From Octopus sinensis (taxonomy: Eukaryota), in the NCBI RefSeq assembly GCF_006345805.1, contig NC_043004.1, positions 37,510,001 to 37,574,000 on the forward strand: DNA of 64,000 nucleotides, read 5' to 3'. How positions within the stretch are numbered: the first letter of the stretch is position 1; each line of letters begins with the position of its first letter. Positions 61,758 through 64,000 of this stretch are shown in pieces. Both the position numbers and the translations under genes were made by a program. A model generated the notes under the pieces. It had not been told where the DNA came from and searched no databases. It saw nothing but the letters and a program-made list of their open reading frames with translations.

Positions 61758-64000
61758 CATCATCATCATCGTTTAACGTCCGTTTTCCGCGCTAGCACGG
61801 GTTGGACGGTTCGACCGGGGTCTGGGAAGCTAGGGGCTGCTCCAGGCTCCAGTCTGATCTGGCAGAGTTTCTACGGCTGGATACCCTTCCTAATGCCAAC
61901 CACTCCGCGAGTGTAGTGGGTGCTTTTTACGTGCCACCTGCACAGGTGCCGGGGGGGGGGGGTCCGGCATCGGTCACGATCGGTTGGAGCTTTTAACGTG
62001 CCAGCGGCATGGAAGCCAGCCAAGGCGGCGCTGGCAACGTTCGGATGGTCTTTTTATGTGCCACCGGCACAGGAGCCAGTCGGGGCGGCGCTGGCATCGG
62101 CAACGTTCGGATAGTGCTTTTTATGTGCCACCGGCACAGGCATCAGAACTACTATTTCCATTGATATTTATTTCGACGTTCATGTTCATGTACTTGACTC
62201 AACAGGTCTCCTCAAGCACAGCGGGACGTTCTGGGATCCGGGGTACTTTGAATGGGCAAGGGCTATGTGGAACTGATGCAGGAAGCAGCCCGGGTCTTTG
62301 CAGTCACAGCATATCTCTAGAGATCTCGGTCCTTTGCCATTGCCTCAGTGAGGCCCAACGCTTTGAGGTCATGCTTGACTACCTCATCCCATGACTTCCT
62401 GGGTTTACCTCTCCCCCTGATACCTTCAACTGTTTGGGAGTGGCACTTCTTCACACATCTCTCCTCATCCATCCGCAGCACATGACCATACCATCGCAAG
62501 CGTCGCTCTTGCACACCACATCTGATGCTTCTTATATCCAGCATTTCTCTCAGGGTGCTTACACTCTGTTGTGCGTGCACACTGACATTACACATCCAGC
62601 GGATCATGCTAGCTTCATTTCTTTCAAGTCTACGCATGTCCTCTGCAGTCACAGCCCATGTTTCACTGCCGTGAAGCATGGCAGTTCGCACACATGCATC
62701 ATACAATCTACCTTTCGCTCTGAGGGAGAGACCCTTTGTCGCCAGTAGGGGCAGGAGCTTTCTGAACTTTGCCCAGGCTATTCGTATTCTAGTGGTGATA
62801 CTCTCTGTGCATCCACCTCCACTACTGACTTGGTCACCCATTTAGCGGAAACTATCAACTACTTCTAGTTTCTCTCCCTGGAGTGTGATGGAATCTGTTT
62901 TCTGAGTGTCTGTGGTGTCTATTGTCCCTGTGCATCTGCCGCACATGAAAGCTATCTTATCTGTTAATTTCCCTTTAATGTTGCTGCACCTCTTGTGCGT
63001 TCATAGCTTACATTGGGTGCATCTTATGGAGTTTCTACCTACACCTTTCCTACAGATCGAGCAGGGCCACCTGCCCGAGTGGGTGTGTGCTGAGTTCGCC
63101 TTTCTGCTTACTATAACTTTGGTCTTTGCTACATTTACTCTAAGGCCCTTTGATTCTAACCCTTGCTTCCACACCCGAAATTTCTTTTCTAGTTCCGGTA
63201 GTGATTCTGCTATGAGAGCCAGGTCATCAGCATAGAGGAGCTCCCAGGGGCATCCTGTTTTGAATTCCCCTGTTATTGCCTGGAGGACTATGATGAATAA
63301 AAGGGGACTGAGGGCTGAGCCTTGGTGCACACCTACTTCTACCCGAAATTCTTCACTATATTCGTTGTCAATCCTAACCTTGCTGACAGCCTCTCTGTAT
63401 AGAGCCTGTACAGCCCTTATTAGCCATTCGTCAATCTCCAGTTTCTGCATTGACCACCAGATAAGGGAATGGGGAACCCTGTCAAAGGCTTTCTCCAAGT
63501 CCACAAAAGCTATGTAGAGGGGTTTATCTTTAGCTAGGTACTTCTCCTGCAGTTGTCGGACCAGGAATATAGCATCAGTGGTGCTTCTACCCGGCACAAA
63601 ACCGAACTGCATTTCATCTAAGCAAATTCTCTCTCTAATGAGATGGGTTATGACCCTCTCTGTGACCTTCATCACCTTATCCAACAGTTTGATACCCCTG
63701 TAGTTATTTCTATCTAGCACATCACCCTTACCCTTGTAGCAGTTGACTATGGTGCTGCTACGTCAGTCATTGGGTATGACTCCATTATGAACTACCTCGT
63801 TTACAATGCGGGTGACTAGGCCATAGCCCTCATAGCCAGCTGTTTTAAGCATCTCAGCAGTGATTCCTGATGGGCCGGGGGCATTACCTGGTTTCATATC
63901 CTTAATTGCCTTAACTACAAGGGAGCTGTCTATTCGGGTAGCTGGTCCCTCTACTGGGTCAACATTTGGCAGGCTCTCCTCCTCCCATTCATTCTCCTCA
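61758..64000 (-). mobile_element. RTE LINE, RT to 3' tail, relatively intact, truncated by the window end
   Basis: ORF 63001-63720 has NYRGIKLL, QFGFVPGRST, FVDLEKAFDRV, GVHQGSALSP, LLYADDL; ORF 62317-62841 is the C-terminal domain; isolated nonsense changes; (ATG)n tail at about 61758. Confidence 0.93.

Overview
Eukaryotic, AT-rich genomic DNA dense in repeats and microsatellites. The SINE/RTE/Helitron repertoire suggests an octopod cephalopod (inference). Host genes: (1) a complete 5-exon cyclin D gene on + (ATG 4715 or 5302, stop 22427, 286 aa, LxCxE, cyclin box, C-terminal TP degron), whose first coding exon is present twice as an identical tandem copy; (2) a convergent 2-exon HAUS1-like (augmin subunit 1) gene on - (41745-38060, 281 aa); (3) scattered - strand exons of an ankyrin-repeat plus death-domain gene (60173-52333) that continues beyond the window and may be a pseudogene. 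Between cyclin D and HAUS1 lies a head-to-tail pair of Helitrons, one with a disrupted Rep/PIF1-helicase ORF. The rest is Gypsy, RTE, CR1/L2-like, mariner and piggyBac remnants, tRNA-derived SINEs, non-autonomous Helitrons and MITE-like fold-back elements. I see no CRISPR, rRNA, functional tRNA or clearly new biological system. The best leads are the cyclin D exon-1 duplication (possibly an assembly artefact), the tandem Helitrons, the ankyrin-death-domain gene, and the hairpin cluster in cyclin D intron 1. All family assignments come from motif recognition, not database searches, and repeat boundaries are approximate unless termini are quoted.
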